From contig NOWV01000010.1 of NCBI GenBank assembly GCA_003344405.1, positions 620,001 through 684,000 on the forward strand: a DNA stretch of 64,000 bases, written 5' to 3'. Position numbers and translations under genes: made by a program. Of this stretch, positions 26,801-50,897 are shown in pieces. This DNA is from Trichoplax sp. H2. Taxonomy: Eukaryota. Under the pieces are notes generated by a model, which ran no database searches, was not told the origin of the DNA, and saw only the letters and a list, made by a program, of their open reading frames with translations. Position 1 is the first letter of the stretch. The number at the start of each line of letters is the position of its first letter.

Positions 26801-29800
26801 TAACTTGTACCGAGCTACTTGACTTATCCTTTGGCGTTCCATCTTCCCGTTTATCCATTACTACACGCTTAGAAGCTCTATCAGCATTTGAAGGTGGTAA
26901 ATTTCTCTTAACAGGTAGGCTTGATGACAATCCTTGTGACGCATTCATAGTTTCTGATACGCTAGCCTGTAATACAATAAATCTTCCAGTCATGTAACGA
27001 GCTTTAACAAATCGCTCAAAAAAATGTTAACGCGTATGCCTATAAATTGGACAGAAATTTAGAAATATACAGTGACGCCTGAAATTCTATTTCACCTTTT
27101 GATTTCCTAATATTCTCTTTATTTGTGGTCGTACTTGTGGTTTAACTGCTGTCTTTTCGTTTGTTCCTGTCTCAGTTTGGCTTTGCTCTTTCGACACCTT
27201 CAACGTAGTTGATGCTCTTATGTTTGAATCGGATTTGTCAGAGGTTTGAATCTGTTTTGATTGTTCCGTTGTTGTGGGTGGGCATTTTGGTGCTTCTCGT
27301 ATTACAGTTCGCTGAGCGTCTTCGACTTTTTGTTCTTCAGCATCGTTTGTACCCTTTTGTGATGGTGTACTTTCATTTAAAGCTTGTTGTTGAATTTGTT
27401 GCTTGAGTTTCCCAATTTTACCGTCATACTGAGATTTCAAAACGCCAAGCCTCATCTTTAATTCCACTGCGAATGCGAAAATATATAGTATATTTAATGC
27501 TATTCTTAAATCAATCGCAGTACATCATGGCATTAGCTATATCGATGCGCTTGTACAATTATCTTAGCAGTCAAGACTTGAATTATAACTATAAATTTCA
27601 ATATATACCGATATTTTCTTCCAATGATGAAATTTTATCTTTGTCCGAACTTCGTTCGGTTTTTAGTTGATCAATTTCGCTATTTAGTGTTTCTTTCGTA
27701 GAATTAAACTCTTTTGTTTTCGTTTGAAGTCCTCGTAGGAGCCGTCGATATTTTTCCTCCACAGTGTTTTTTACATTCTCTAATGTAGTGATTTGTTCTT
27801 GCAATTTCTTACGTTCATCGTCCTTGCTTGATACTGACGACGCGTTCTTTGATAATTCATTCTTAAGTTTATTAATTTCTTCATCTTTTTCTGTCAAGGA
27901 AGTATTCTTCTTTGACAGCTCTTCTTTAATCGCAGAAAGTTCAGCAGTTGTCTGTGATATTCCCTGGTAATCATGGGATATTATTTATTAATATTGTCCG
28001 TAAATTCTACAGTAAACATAAAGTTCATTCACCTCATCCCCTTTAGTTTGCTTTTCATCTACTTCTTTCTTTAACTCTTCGTATTGGGTTTTATAACGTC
28101 TAGCCAACTTTCTAACCTACAAAGTAGATGAAAACCAAAAGTTACCCGGTAGCATGATTATTTTCCATTTACCATGAACATTTTGAGAGTACCTGTGCAA
28201 TGGTTTTGCCTTTCTCGCTAATATCATTATTTTTGCTCGCAATTTCAGTTTCTAATGTCTTGATGGACTCGTCCTTCTTAGCAATATCTGATTTCGCAGC
28301 ATTCAGTTGGCTCCTTGCTGAGTTTGCAGTTGTAACTAGCGAAGAGACTTTAGCACTACAACAAAAAGTATTTTGATCATCGCTTTAGCAATATAACAAA
28401 CATTAATGGCATTGAATGCGACAAGTCGATCGCAGATACGTTAGAATTGCAGTACTTATTTTTTTGAAATTCTTCTTTTAAATTTTCATTCTCTTTCTTT
28501 AAAGCGTCTATGCGGTCTCTGGTAGTAATGAAGCCATCGAATTAAAAATAAAGATTAAAATTTTATTTTTATTTAATCTTTAGTAAATCAAACCAACGTT
28601 AGCTGTTTCATTTCCTCTCGGTCGGCACGTTGTTCTAACAGTTGATTGCTTCTTTTAACCCATTGCTCAATTTCTTTTCCCATTGCAGCTTTCTCTGCGA
28701 GCAGAGTATCCTTTTCAACTTTTAGTGTTCTATTGCTGTCTCGTAATGGTTGTATGTCTTTTTCTAATTGGGATATCTAAACCAATGCAAATCCAGCTTA
28801 GCATAGCATAAAATGATTACTACAGATAACGAATAAAGGATTCTGCAAAAACATCTTACTTTCGCTGTTTGCTGCTTCACTTGCTGTTCCAATTTTTCCT
28901 TCTCGTCACGTAGCAACCTGTTACTTTCATTAAGGAGATTCAGGTTCTCAACCTTCTCCATCAAATTAGTGTATTTAGCGGCCGATTCAATTTGCGATTT
29001 TATGCGATTTCTCTCCGTAAGTAAATCTGATCTGGCTTCTTCCAGTTGTCTTTCAAGGTAATCACATCGACTCTTAAGCCTTAAATTTTCCGTCATGGTC
29101 ACTTCATATTTTGTTTCAGCAATATTTTTCTCTCGTCGTATAAAACTAGTGAAAGATTACATATATATATATATTTTTTATACAATCTAACAACAACATC
29201 TAAATTACTATTTGGGTTAATAGAGTAATTTAAATACCAATTTACCGTATAACTTCTAGCAATTCATCTGAAGACTTATCTGAATTGCTGAATGAATCAG
29301 ACGTACTGCCATCAAAGGACGATACTTGACCATGCGAAGCAAGAGTACGTGAACTGATCTGTAGGAATATATATATATCTTGTCATTTTTGATGGTATTA
29401 ATAATTTTTCATTTCTATAACAAAATACAATATTATAATTTATTGAACCTCTTCTATTTGTCTATGTAAGATAGCATTTTGTTCATCTATTTCTTTATAT
29501 CTATTTTCTAATTGTTCTATATCTTGCTTTTGTATTCGTAATTGCTCTTCATATGAATTCTGAAATATGATACACAAATTATTACTCAATTAGAAATACA
29601 AAAATAAGATAAGATTTTAATTTAATAACACTAACAGTATTTGTTTGCAAGGTTTCTTCCGCAATCCTTGCTGTTTCTTCGGATAGACTAACTTTTCCTT
29701 GCAATTCTCGAAGCTATGCAGCAAAAAGGTCAATAGCAGCTTTGTCATCAAACATCTACTCATTGATATCAATAAAATAATATGAATATGTGTTATAAGT

Positions 29801-32800
29801 ACCTGTTCTTTAACTGCTATTAATTCTTTAACATTTGCTGCATGTAGAATCATTTCTCGCTCATACTTATCCTGAGCCTGTTAAAGTATTGTAGAATTTA
29901 ATATCAACGTTTATAAATTTACAAGGTTAAAGTCTTATTATTTTACTCTAACCTCTGTTGCTAATTCTGTTTGTGCTTTATAATCATTTAAAGCATTCTG
30001 TTCCGATTTTTTTGCAGCATTCAGTTCCTCTAGAGTCGTTTGCAATTTTTCTTCAGCAGATTGTAAATTTTTTTGCAATTCTTCATTCTTATACAAGAGG
30101 GTAATATGCCATATTAATACTCATATCAATGACCACTTTAAATCTGCAATCAATAAGACAAACCTTGGCGTCAACACTAGTTTCTAATTCACTACACGAT
30201 TTCTTCAAGTTTTGTATTTCATCCTCCATCGTTTTCAATTGATCCTTCATCTCGATTTCCCCTAAAAGTTTCATAAATAGCAAACATTTTTATAAAAATG
30301 TAATTATTAATAATAAAAATACAATGCCGCACATACTTGACTTATAACCCTGTAACTCTTCTTCCATAGCTTTCTTAAATTCATTAGAAACCTAACAATT
30401 GAGACAGGAAACATAATAAAATATAAGATAGCCAAAAAAGTATCGATATGAAATGAAACTAGAGACATATCATATGAATATGGAGGCACAATAGTGCGTT
30501 ATAATGCACTAACTTGATTAACATCTTTTAAGGCGTCTTCGTTAGCCGCAGCAATTGCTTTATATTGTTCTATATGAGATTTTGCCTGGATCAGTTGCTC
30601 TTCCAAACCTATTTAACCCGGAGTATTCAAATTAACCAAAGCTATAGTCTATAATTGGAGAGAAGAAAAGTAAATACCTCGGGAACGTGCTAACTCCTTC
30701 TGTAACTCAAACATAAGTTGACGTGAGTTATCCCTATCTTCATTTGGTTGAGATTCCTCAGCATTGTCTGTATCTAAAATTATTGACACATGGAATCAAT
30801 ACCAGTTTTAACGTTAATAAGATCAGTTTCTATTATCTATAGTAGTATATAATAAATTACAATTACCGTTGCCATCTCTACCGTGGCGTAGATAGGTATC
30901 CAACCGACTCTCACTTGCTTTGAGCTGGTTCTTAATTTGTTCATTCTAGTATATGAGTCATCAGTAATTCTTACTATTCTTCTCAGTAAGTCTTAAGTTT
31001 GTTATTACAAAGTCGTTATACCGATATCACTATTTAGCTTTTTAACAGTTAAACTGACCTGTTCATTTAATGTATTAACTTGGTATTCAGCCAGCGTCAA
31101 TTTCTCCTTCGTGTTTCGATAATTTTGTCTTTCTGTATCAAGATCTTTTCGAAGATTAGTTATTTGGGCCTATAGTAAAATACAACGTTCTAATATCAAC
31201 AAATGACGATATAAGAAGCATGGTGAGGATAAGAGTAGTACCTCAAAAAATTCAGCACGGCTTAGGAAGTCACTTTTTTCAACATTTAGTTTATCTTTCA
31301 ATGTGCTAATTTCACTTTGTAAAGTTTCAATCTGATTCTTTAGCTTAGACTTTATTTCGTACTCGGAGCTTTCGAAATTATTCTGAAAAAATTTTAATAC
31401 ATTTTACTATATTGTACCACATTAACAGGTGAGATCTAAATCTGCTTATAGAATCAGGTTATCTTACTTGAATAGCTTGTAGATTAGCAAGGAGAAGGCC
31501 CTTTGTTTTTTGATCTTGAAGTAGTGACTGGTTTTGCAGCAGCAGACGATTTTCAGACGACTTATACAGGTCGCGTTCTCTTTCTAAACTCTGACTTTCA
31601 GCTTCTAGTCTAGCATATCGTTCACGAAGTGTCGAAAGTTGCTATATGTATTGGATGAATTCAATATGTATCACATATCTGGTAATCAATATTAAAATGG
31701 GCCAATTCTAACTAAGTATACCTGTCTTTGAGCTTCGTCTGCTACCTGCATCTTTTGGAGGGATGAGGAATATCTTTGACTACTCTCACGTACATGCTCA
31801 ATCTCTTTCTTGTAAACATCTATTTGCGATACAGTCATCTGAAGTTTCTCCGCAGAATAGAGGATATCAGATTTTAATTTGTTATTTTCCATTCTAAATT
31901 CAGATGCTTCCTTGCGAAAATTTTCCATTTGATCTCCTATAATCCTAGAAAAAGTGCAGAACCCCATTTTTGTGGTCAATAAAATTTTTAAGTGGCTTGA
32001 TATTATCAATAACAAGTTGTTCGTATACTTGTCATTTTTTTCCTTGTTTTCTTTGTATTTCTTAAATTCCTCTTGTAATTCTAGTAGTGCATTTAAATGA
32101 GAGGAACTATCTTCCTTATCAATAGTGGTTGATTTTTCCATGCTTTCTTGGGACTTATTTGGAGTATCACGTTCCTGAAGTACTTTATACATATCACGCT
32201 GGCGTGTAATTGCTTCAGTTATTTGCAACTGCTGCAATCTAGTCTGCTCCATGTCTTGTACACGTTTTAAAGCATCTTCTAGTCGACTTCTTAGTTCTTT
32301 CCTAGAATCTGATTCTATCTGTTCCTCCTTTTCCTCGAGTTTCTTACTGAGATCGCGTACGACAGCAAGCAATTTTTGATTTTGAGCTTGAAGTTCCTCT
32401 ATGTTTCTATATAGCAAAATTATTCGTAAATATACATCAAAGAATATTATATAGTTTTAGAAAGACAATGTAATAGATTGGGGGTATACGTTAACACGAT
32501 AAGTAAACTTGCCGGAATATCACAAGATGTCCAGAGATAACTGCAGATGAACTAGAAACTTCAGTGTCTTGCAAGTTGTCCTCTATCAGAGTCACTTGCA
32601 TAGATGAATCCTTTGCGATGCTTTCTTTTAATAACGTTTGAACTTGTTGACTCAAATCGATTATTTGTGCTTTTAATCGTTTATTTTCACTTTTAAGTTC
32701 TTCACTGATAGCCAACACTTCTTCGATATTTTCCCGTAAATTTCCATTTTCCTATACATTACGATTTAAATTATAGAGTATTGTATATAACCATATCAAT

Positions 32801-35800
32801 AATTTTCTTTTTTAAGTAGTTAATGACTTACCTTAACAGCATCGTTTAATTTGGATTTCAACGATTCGATCGAAAGTAGACTTTCTTCGTAATTCTTCTT
32901 TTGTTGATAAAGCAATGGGGCTCTTTCTTCGATTTCCTAAATCCGAATTATTTCATGATTGTCACAAACGTTAAGCATAATAAAATTTAAAATTTGTTAT
33001 TGCCTTCGATATATTCAACACTACTTACAGCTAGAATTTGATTCAAGTACTGTTTCAATCTTGTAGTTTCATCTTTTTCCAGTTGCAATGCTTCAGCCGT
33101 CTCTACATATTTAGTATAAATCTAGTGTGATAAGCAAAAGTAGTTAATAAAATGCTTATTATAAAAACTGGACTTGATTTACTTATTTTTTTTTTGCGGT
33201 ACGATTAATTTCAATCTAGAGTAAACCTCAGTTAGCGTCATTCCCGATTTCATAAAAGCACCGGTAGCTGCTGCTGTTGGTGAAATTTTTGACATAATCC
33301 CAGCTGTGGTATCGGAATCATCTAAATTTAACGTACAAATAGGAAAGCTATATTTACTTAAGTGAATATTAAATTGTGCTAGAATACAAAACATATAGAA
33401 TGGCTTCAAATCTGTGACCTCGACTTCTTGCTGCCGATAAAAGATCATTTGCGTTGTTTAGCTCATTTTGCTGTTTTTGGACAGTATCCTCTAAATGGTT
33501 TTATAAAAAAGGTTGTAATTATTTTATGAAGATTTATTAATGAATTAGAATCATCTCTAAATATTTATTGCACAGCAATCAACTAACTATAAAATGATGT
33601 CAAACCTAGAAGTTTGGTTTTCGATTCTAGGGATTTAATCAATTCCTCGTTGTGGCTTTCACTTTCTGCCAATGCTAATAAAGTATTGTGCATATTTAAT
33701 TAAAAAACAAACATGAATAGCTTCTACTCTAATAAGTATACACTGTAGCTAAGAAAATATTTAGGTTCAATCTATCAACACTTATTTTACGATCATTACT
33801 AACAAATTTGTGTATTTTTTAATTGATCGTGTAACTCTTCCACAGCTTTTGCTAATTCTTGAACTCTAAATTCTGATGCTTCACTCGCAGTCTAGGCATC
33901 AAATTGTGTAAAAGGTAATAGGAGATTAACGTATGAAAGTAAAACTGACGTACAAATTAGTTTACCGAACCTTATATAAATCAGCTAATTTCCTTTGAGA
34001 ACTTAGCTCCGACGTAATTTGACCTTCAAAAGTATTTCTTTCATCTTGTACCTGATATAAGAAACAAGAAAAATGAATTTTACACTTAAACACGCTGCTT
34101 GAGCAAGAACTTAGACATTACTTTTTTATTGTATCTTGAAATAACTACATGATTGAAAGATTGATAGTGAAAGAATGAGAGACAATCCAAAAAAGTTGTA
34201 GAAGTTTTAAGCTAAGACGTATTACCTCTTTTAGTTTACCCAGTAAAGTATCAATTTTATTCTGTTGATCATCGCCAGACTTCTCCAACAATGTTTTACT
34301 GCTTCGGAGGTGCTCCGCCTTTTATTTTTACCGGAAGTCGTAAATATAGTATAAGATATTAGGTAGAGATATTGCAATTTACGAGCAATAAAATCTTACT
34401 TCTAGGCGAAGCGATTCCAATTCATTAGTAACGATGAGAAGTTCAGACGACTATCAGAGACGAAAATCATATTTTCATTAATTTAATTTGAAGGAAAAAT
34501 AATATTTAATCGTGATAGCAGCTATACAAAGCAAAAGAATGATTTTTAATTAATTGTATCTACCTTTTCTTTCCTGTATATATTGAATTCTTCCATTATT
34601 TTCTCATTTTGGGCTTTTAACCATTCTCCATGAGAGGATATTAACTGCTTTTCTTGCTCTAGACGTTGTTCCCGAAGCTACAATATTTATATCAAACATT
34701 TTATCGATCACAGATTCAACATTACAAAATAAATTTATTGACGTGTAGGATAGTGGTAAGCATATATGAAAATTTAATCATATAAATAGAATACGTAAGC
34801 AAAATAATAAAAGGTAAATGTATTTTTCTACCTTCCATGTTGTTTCAGTACTTTCAAGCTCATCAATTCGTGCCTGAAAGATCGTTGTAATATATTAATG
34901 CTGTAATGAATTGCTGACCTTTTTCGATAGATATGGTTTAGCAGAAAGAAGACAAGTATACAACTAAAACCAGATATGGACATTACCTTGGATGTGGCGG
35001 TATTACTGTTAGTATCGGACAATTTCTCAACTAATTTTTCTAATTCATCTACGTTCGATATGACATGGTTAAAATAACTGTATTCACCAAAAAACTTGTA
35101 TTAAAGTAAATTAATTTATTACCTTGCAATTGGGAAATTGTCTTATCACGATTATTAATTATATCTAATAAATCGTTCTTCTCTTCATTTAATTTTTCAA
35201 CGAGCCGGTTATGATCGGACTGCATGTTATTAAATCATATTATAGTCAGCATTTTATACTATCAAATATAAAAAATTTTCAATTATACCTCGTTATTTAC
35301 AAATTGATCAATGCGAGTTTGTAATTGACGAATCTGATCATTCTTATCGTTGAGAGTATTGCCTGAGGGATCCAACAGATAAAAAACAAGTTAGAATTTC
35401 ATTACTAGGTAGACTGTACAATATCGATGCAGTAATTAATAATTTTTAATCATCGTCGTAACATAAACGTGAATCTTTTGCTCTCTGTAGTGTAGGACGT
35501 TTAATTTTAATTAAAAAATTTCTAGTATGTAAAATAAAGAGTTTTCATTGATAGTACAATTACAGTATTAGCACCTTTCTATTTTCGATAATAACTTTAG
35601 ACAGATACAATATTGTATATGCACAATGCAAGTCATACTTTACAAGAAGGGATAGTTATCTCATGATAGATTCAGATAGTAAGGAAATAGATTGATCGCA
35701 ATATTACAACTTTTTATTGAAAGGTGTGCAGTGCACACTGTGTAGTTACTCGTGCTATTCTAGCAGAAGCTTCATCTCATATAGAGTAAAATTTGACTAA

Positions 35801-37188
35801 AAACTGAATATTTTAGCATTAACACGTGAATATAGTAATTCCTTGGCACGCTCACCGTTGTCTTCTATATCCTTTGAAAGTTGATCGTTATATTTTTCTT
35901 GTTTTTCGATCTTAGCCCGAGAGGCTAACAGTTCATGTTCAATTTCATGTAATCGATTTTCTATTGAAGACGAGAATACGGAGAAGAAGAAATGTTGCTA
36001 TTACTATTAGGGTTTAGTAATATCGTTATTTATCCAAAAATATGAATATAGAGTATTGATATCATATCAATGCAAGTTTGTGCTACGTTGGTTGAGTCTG
36101 ATTCATTTAGAACTATGTAGCACAATTGAATTACTGTCTATTACTATGCGATAAAGTAATCTGTCTAAATGGCATCATCATGGAGTGGATAATTAGAACT
36201 GAAGATAGTATAGTTGTAACTAGCTCCGATTTAGTAAAGACTTGCAAATGCACGCTTGTTTCTGTACAATACTCAAGTTTGTCAGTATGCAAGCGTAGCA
36301 ACGTTTTTGAGGTTGCACGACAATGTAAACGCTCGTTAGCATCGGTGAAATACTCCAATGCCTATTATGAGAATATTTGATTGGAATTGTACAACTATCA
36401 ATAAGTGTATGCTTTCACTGATTGGTTATAAGCTTGAGATATGGATGAACTATCCAGTGCTTGTTGAAAGAATTTACAGTGCAAGTGCTAGCTTCAACGT
36501 GACACACATCGTCTGTATAAGAGATTATTCATTGATTGAATGTATTTATGGACAAGCCTGATAAAATAGTAGCAGAATAACTGCATCCTACATTGCCAAT
36601 TCAACGTTCTATTTGCAAAAATAGGCATAGTTTTAGTGATTTCTTTTACTGTGGTAATATTCTTTCTATTCAATCCTGGTAGACTATATGATGAAGAAGG
36701 GTAAGCCATCGGTGGGGGTAATACGCGCATGGTTGTCCTCTCGATTGCCGACTAGAGTTGAGTTAAGTTGTACATATTTGGCTTTATTTTAGTACAGTTA
36801 ATCAATAAATAAGTCAAGTTTTAATGCGTTCAAGACTTGTTGATAGATCTATCTATATATGTCTATGTAGATACTATTAGTCATTCATGATTATTTGGAT
36901 TGAAAATGATTGATAATGTTGTTTGTTAACATGACCAACATTGCACTGCATCTTATTTTTTAGTGCAAACGGAACTACTTGGGATACTGCATTACCTGCA
37001 TTGAAGGAAGTCCTTTCATTTTCAGCTTGTAAATGCTCTTTTTCGTTCAACCATAACTGATTCTTTCGCTCTTGATTTTGAATATAGAATTCGATGTTAG
37101 AAATGACTTTCCTAGCCAATTGACTTTGTTGGATGAAAGTATCCAACTCTTCTTGATTTAATTGAATGACACTCTTTACATCCGTCAT
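23866..37188 (-). CDS. TPR: Nucleoprotein TPR / Megator / Mlp1-like nuclear basket coiled-coil protein (multi-exon)
   Basis: Long coiled-coil exons with TPR-typical segments SPTAAATGAFMKSGMTLTEVY, RNIEELQAQNQKLLAVVRDL, YEREMILHAANVKEL, VENLNLLNESNRLLRDE. The disordered acidic tail has VPSTPTLLIPRPSETFAEAVSSP and ends GRGRR...HKRKRSK*. ATG at 37188. Confidence 0.93.
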
Positions 37189-37689
37189 TTTTCAGCTCAA
37201 TTTTGGAAAGGCCTAGTTGGAGCTATCAAGCGGTACTTCCACTCTTACTACTTTTTATGTCCAACTGCAATAGCGATGTTGGCTGAGAAAGATTTCTCTG
37301 TATTGCGTGGAAACAACTGCCAATAGAACTGAATGCGTTAATGATATAATTGCAATGGCGTAAGAAGATTAGTCAAGGAAGAGGACGCAGGAGATCCCTT
37401 GGTGCTACAACATGAGCGCAGTTAGGAGTTGAGAGTGGAGCGCCGTTTTTCAATTCAATTGACTGTTTTCAAATGTGCAAGGCGAAATGGTGGCCCCATG
37501 GACACAGGCCATACTGGACGTAGTAAGCAGGCAAAGGATTGAGAGGCAAGATAGCTGATTAGCGACGAGCTAGCGTGAAGTAAGAGGTCCACAATACTGA
37601 TACTGTAGCGCTCAACTGTCTTCAACCGTACACTTGGATATTTGTCTCTCTATGGCGCAGACCTCAACGTGTGAGCTGATGTTGACATC

Positions 37690-39225
37690 CAGTAGAGTAC
37701 AGTGTACACATCCCGTACTGTACACTGTAGACTACAGTGTACAGTGTACAGTACAAGATGGGATACAGTAGATACAGTACTGTACAGAGGCTGATACTGA
37801 TACTGAGACAGTACAGTACAACATTGGGTATACAGTACTGTACGTGTACAGTACAGTACACTACAGTACTGTACTGTAGTCTAGCGATGAGCGTACTGTA
37901 CAGTGTCCAGTACAATATGAGATACAGTACAGTACAGTACAGAGACTGATACTGATACTGAGACAGTACTGTACACTGTACAGTACAGTACAACAGGTTT
38001 GGAATTTTTTCCTAAAATAGATTTTCGATTTTACCCGACAGAAAAGGACAGAAAGGGGGGCGCCAAAGGGCTGCTTTTTGCAGCGATCGTAGTACAATAT
38101 TGACTTACTGTACTGTATTGACGTACAGTATAGTACAGCACGCGATGCTCCGTATACTTTTTTATCTGTATGGCGGTGTCCGGTGACTACGGCATACATA
38201 GAGGTAGAGGTTTTTTTTCTGTTTTACCTGTCAGGCCATATACTGTACTGTACGTAATACTGGAAGCATACAGCTACCAAGATATTTTCTCTAGCAAGTC
38301 GCTCGCTGTACAGTAGAGTACAGTACTGTATGGCATGTACTGTACAGTACTGTACAGGACTGTACGCCGTACGGTACTGTAAAACCTCCTTACGCAGTAC
38401 GGTACAGTACTGTACAGTGTACAGTACACCCTATTTACAGTACTGTATGGCATGTACAGTACAGTCCAGTACAGTACAGGACAGTACTGTACTGTACACC
38501 CTATCTACAGTACAGTATAACATGTACTGTACGGTACTGTAAAACCTCATTACGCAGTACAGTACAGTACTGTATACCCTACAGTATGTACCGTACAGTA
38601 CGTACTGTATGGCATACAGTATACTGTACTGTACGGTACTGTAAAACCTCCTTACGCAGTACAGTACAGTACACCCTATCTACCGTACAGTACGTACTGT
38701 ACAGTACTGTTTGGCATGTACGGGACTGTAAAACCTTAAGCAGTACTGTACAAGTGTACACCCTATCTACAGTACAGTACGTACTGTATGGCTTGTACTG
38801 TACGAGACTGTAAAACGGTACTAAAATCCCCTTATGCAGTACAGTGCACAGTGTACAGTACTGTACGTACTGTACACTGTATGGCATGTACTGAACGGTA
38901 CGGTAATACCCCCCCCCCCCCTTCCGGACCTCCGCTCAAGTTGCAGCAGTAGAGGGTTACCAGCAGATGACTGAGTGGAAAACCACCACCACCATTGACA
39001 GGCTGTACCCTACTGGTCGGTCGTGTTCCGCTACTCCGTCTACAGTACAACGGTGACAGGCGATNNNNNNNNNNNNNNNNNNNNGTACACCCTATCTACA
39101 GTACGTACAGTACGTACTGTATGGCTTGTACTGTACTGTACGAGACTGTAAAACGGTACTAAAACCCCCTTATGCAGTACAGTGCACAGTGTACAGTACT
39201 GTACGTACTGTACGGTACGGTAATA
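37690..39225. repeat. Low-complexity palindromic (CAGTA/TACTG)n repeat field in the TPR/ROCK head-to-head interval, with a higher-order minisatellite
   Basis: Dense TACAGTAC/GTACTGTA runs in alternating orientation. Recurring blocks CTGTAAAACCTCCTTACGCAG, ACACCCTATCTACAG and TACTGTATGGCATGTAC. Confidence 0.9.
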
Positions 39226-39373
39226 CCCCCCTCCGGACCTCCGCTCAAGTTGCAGCAGTAGAGGGTTACCAGTAGATGACTGAGTGGAAAAACACCACCA
39301 CCATTGACAGGCTGTACCCAACTGGTCGGTCGCGTTCCCCTACTCCGTCTACAGTACAACGGTGACAGGCGAT
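38756..39373. other. Near-identical ~300-bp duplication flanking a 20-N scaffold gap (probable unmerged allelic contig overlap)
   Basis: 38756-39064 and 39085-39373 begin and end at the same bases (GTACACCCTATCTACAG ... ACGGTGACAGGCGAT), directly abutting Ns at 39065-39084, and differ by a few SNPs and indels. Confidence 0.85.
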
Positions 39374-40087
39374 AGCACACTAGCCGGTACCACCCCTTCA
39401 CCCCCCGTTCCCCTTGTCGCCATTACAGTACTCAATGTGGACGGTTACCCAATGATCAAAAGCTGCGTCGGCTGCGTGTTGCTGATGCGTATTGACATTT
39501 TCATAGTGGCTAAGGAAGAATCATAGCAGCCCAATCGTTTTTATTCCCATCCTATCCACGTTCATTGGCAATTTAAAGTTGATTTTGAAGCTATTACAAT
39601 AAACCATCACTGCCAATTGTCCATGTTGGTGGATTTCTGACAATCCCAATTTGAAAAATTGACAAGGAGCGGTCGACTCACACAATTCAGTCAAGGGAAA
39701 TTCGCAGGTACTGCAACTCATCTTGTTCAATTGGACTGCCCAAGTGGCCATTGCGATCGCTATTCTTGCATTTTCTGATGATTACAATTGTACTCATGCT
39801 TTTATCCATTTTACTGTCATAAATATGTTCTAAGTTATTCGTCATGGGTTGATTCAATGTTGAAATAAAAAAAAAAAAATGAGACCTATGATATCCATCA
39901 TGCACAGTAAGACACCAGGAATACAGTACTTTGACACAGCAAACAACTCCCAACAAATCCTTTTACTGACTGTAGCAAGCTTGTATAGTGGTCATGTCAA
40001 TCATTATCTTTGTGCCAACTTTTGCTATTTTGCTCCAATCAACTTATTAAATCAACATCAATTAATATGATATACAGATCAATAACC

Positions 40088-50897
<10,810 letters not shown>

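Noticed and set aside
26581-26997. 138-aa + strand ORF
   Set aside because: Antisense shadow of a low-complexity TPR exon.
36100-36760. Short overlapping ORFs in TPR intron 1
   Set aside because: No recognisable domain, terminal repeats or consistent splice pattern.
38320-38900. CRISPR-like repeat/spacer appearance
   Set aside because: Eukaryotic context; the spacers are themselves repeat units of variable length, and there are no cas genes.
39255-39275. GAGGGTTAC as a telomere seed or telomerase template
   Set aside because: Less than 1.5 repeat units of TTAGGG and no supporting structure.
37664-39401. Many Tyr/Cys/Thr/Val/Ser-rich ORFs on both strands
   Set aside because: They are by-products of the stop-poor CAGTA/TACTG repeat, with no splice or domain support.
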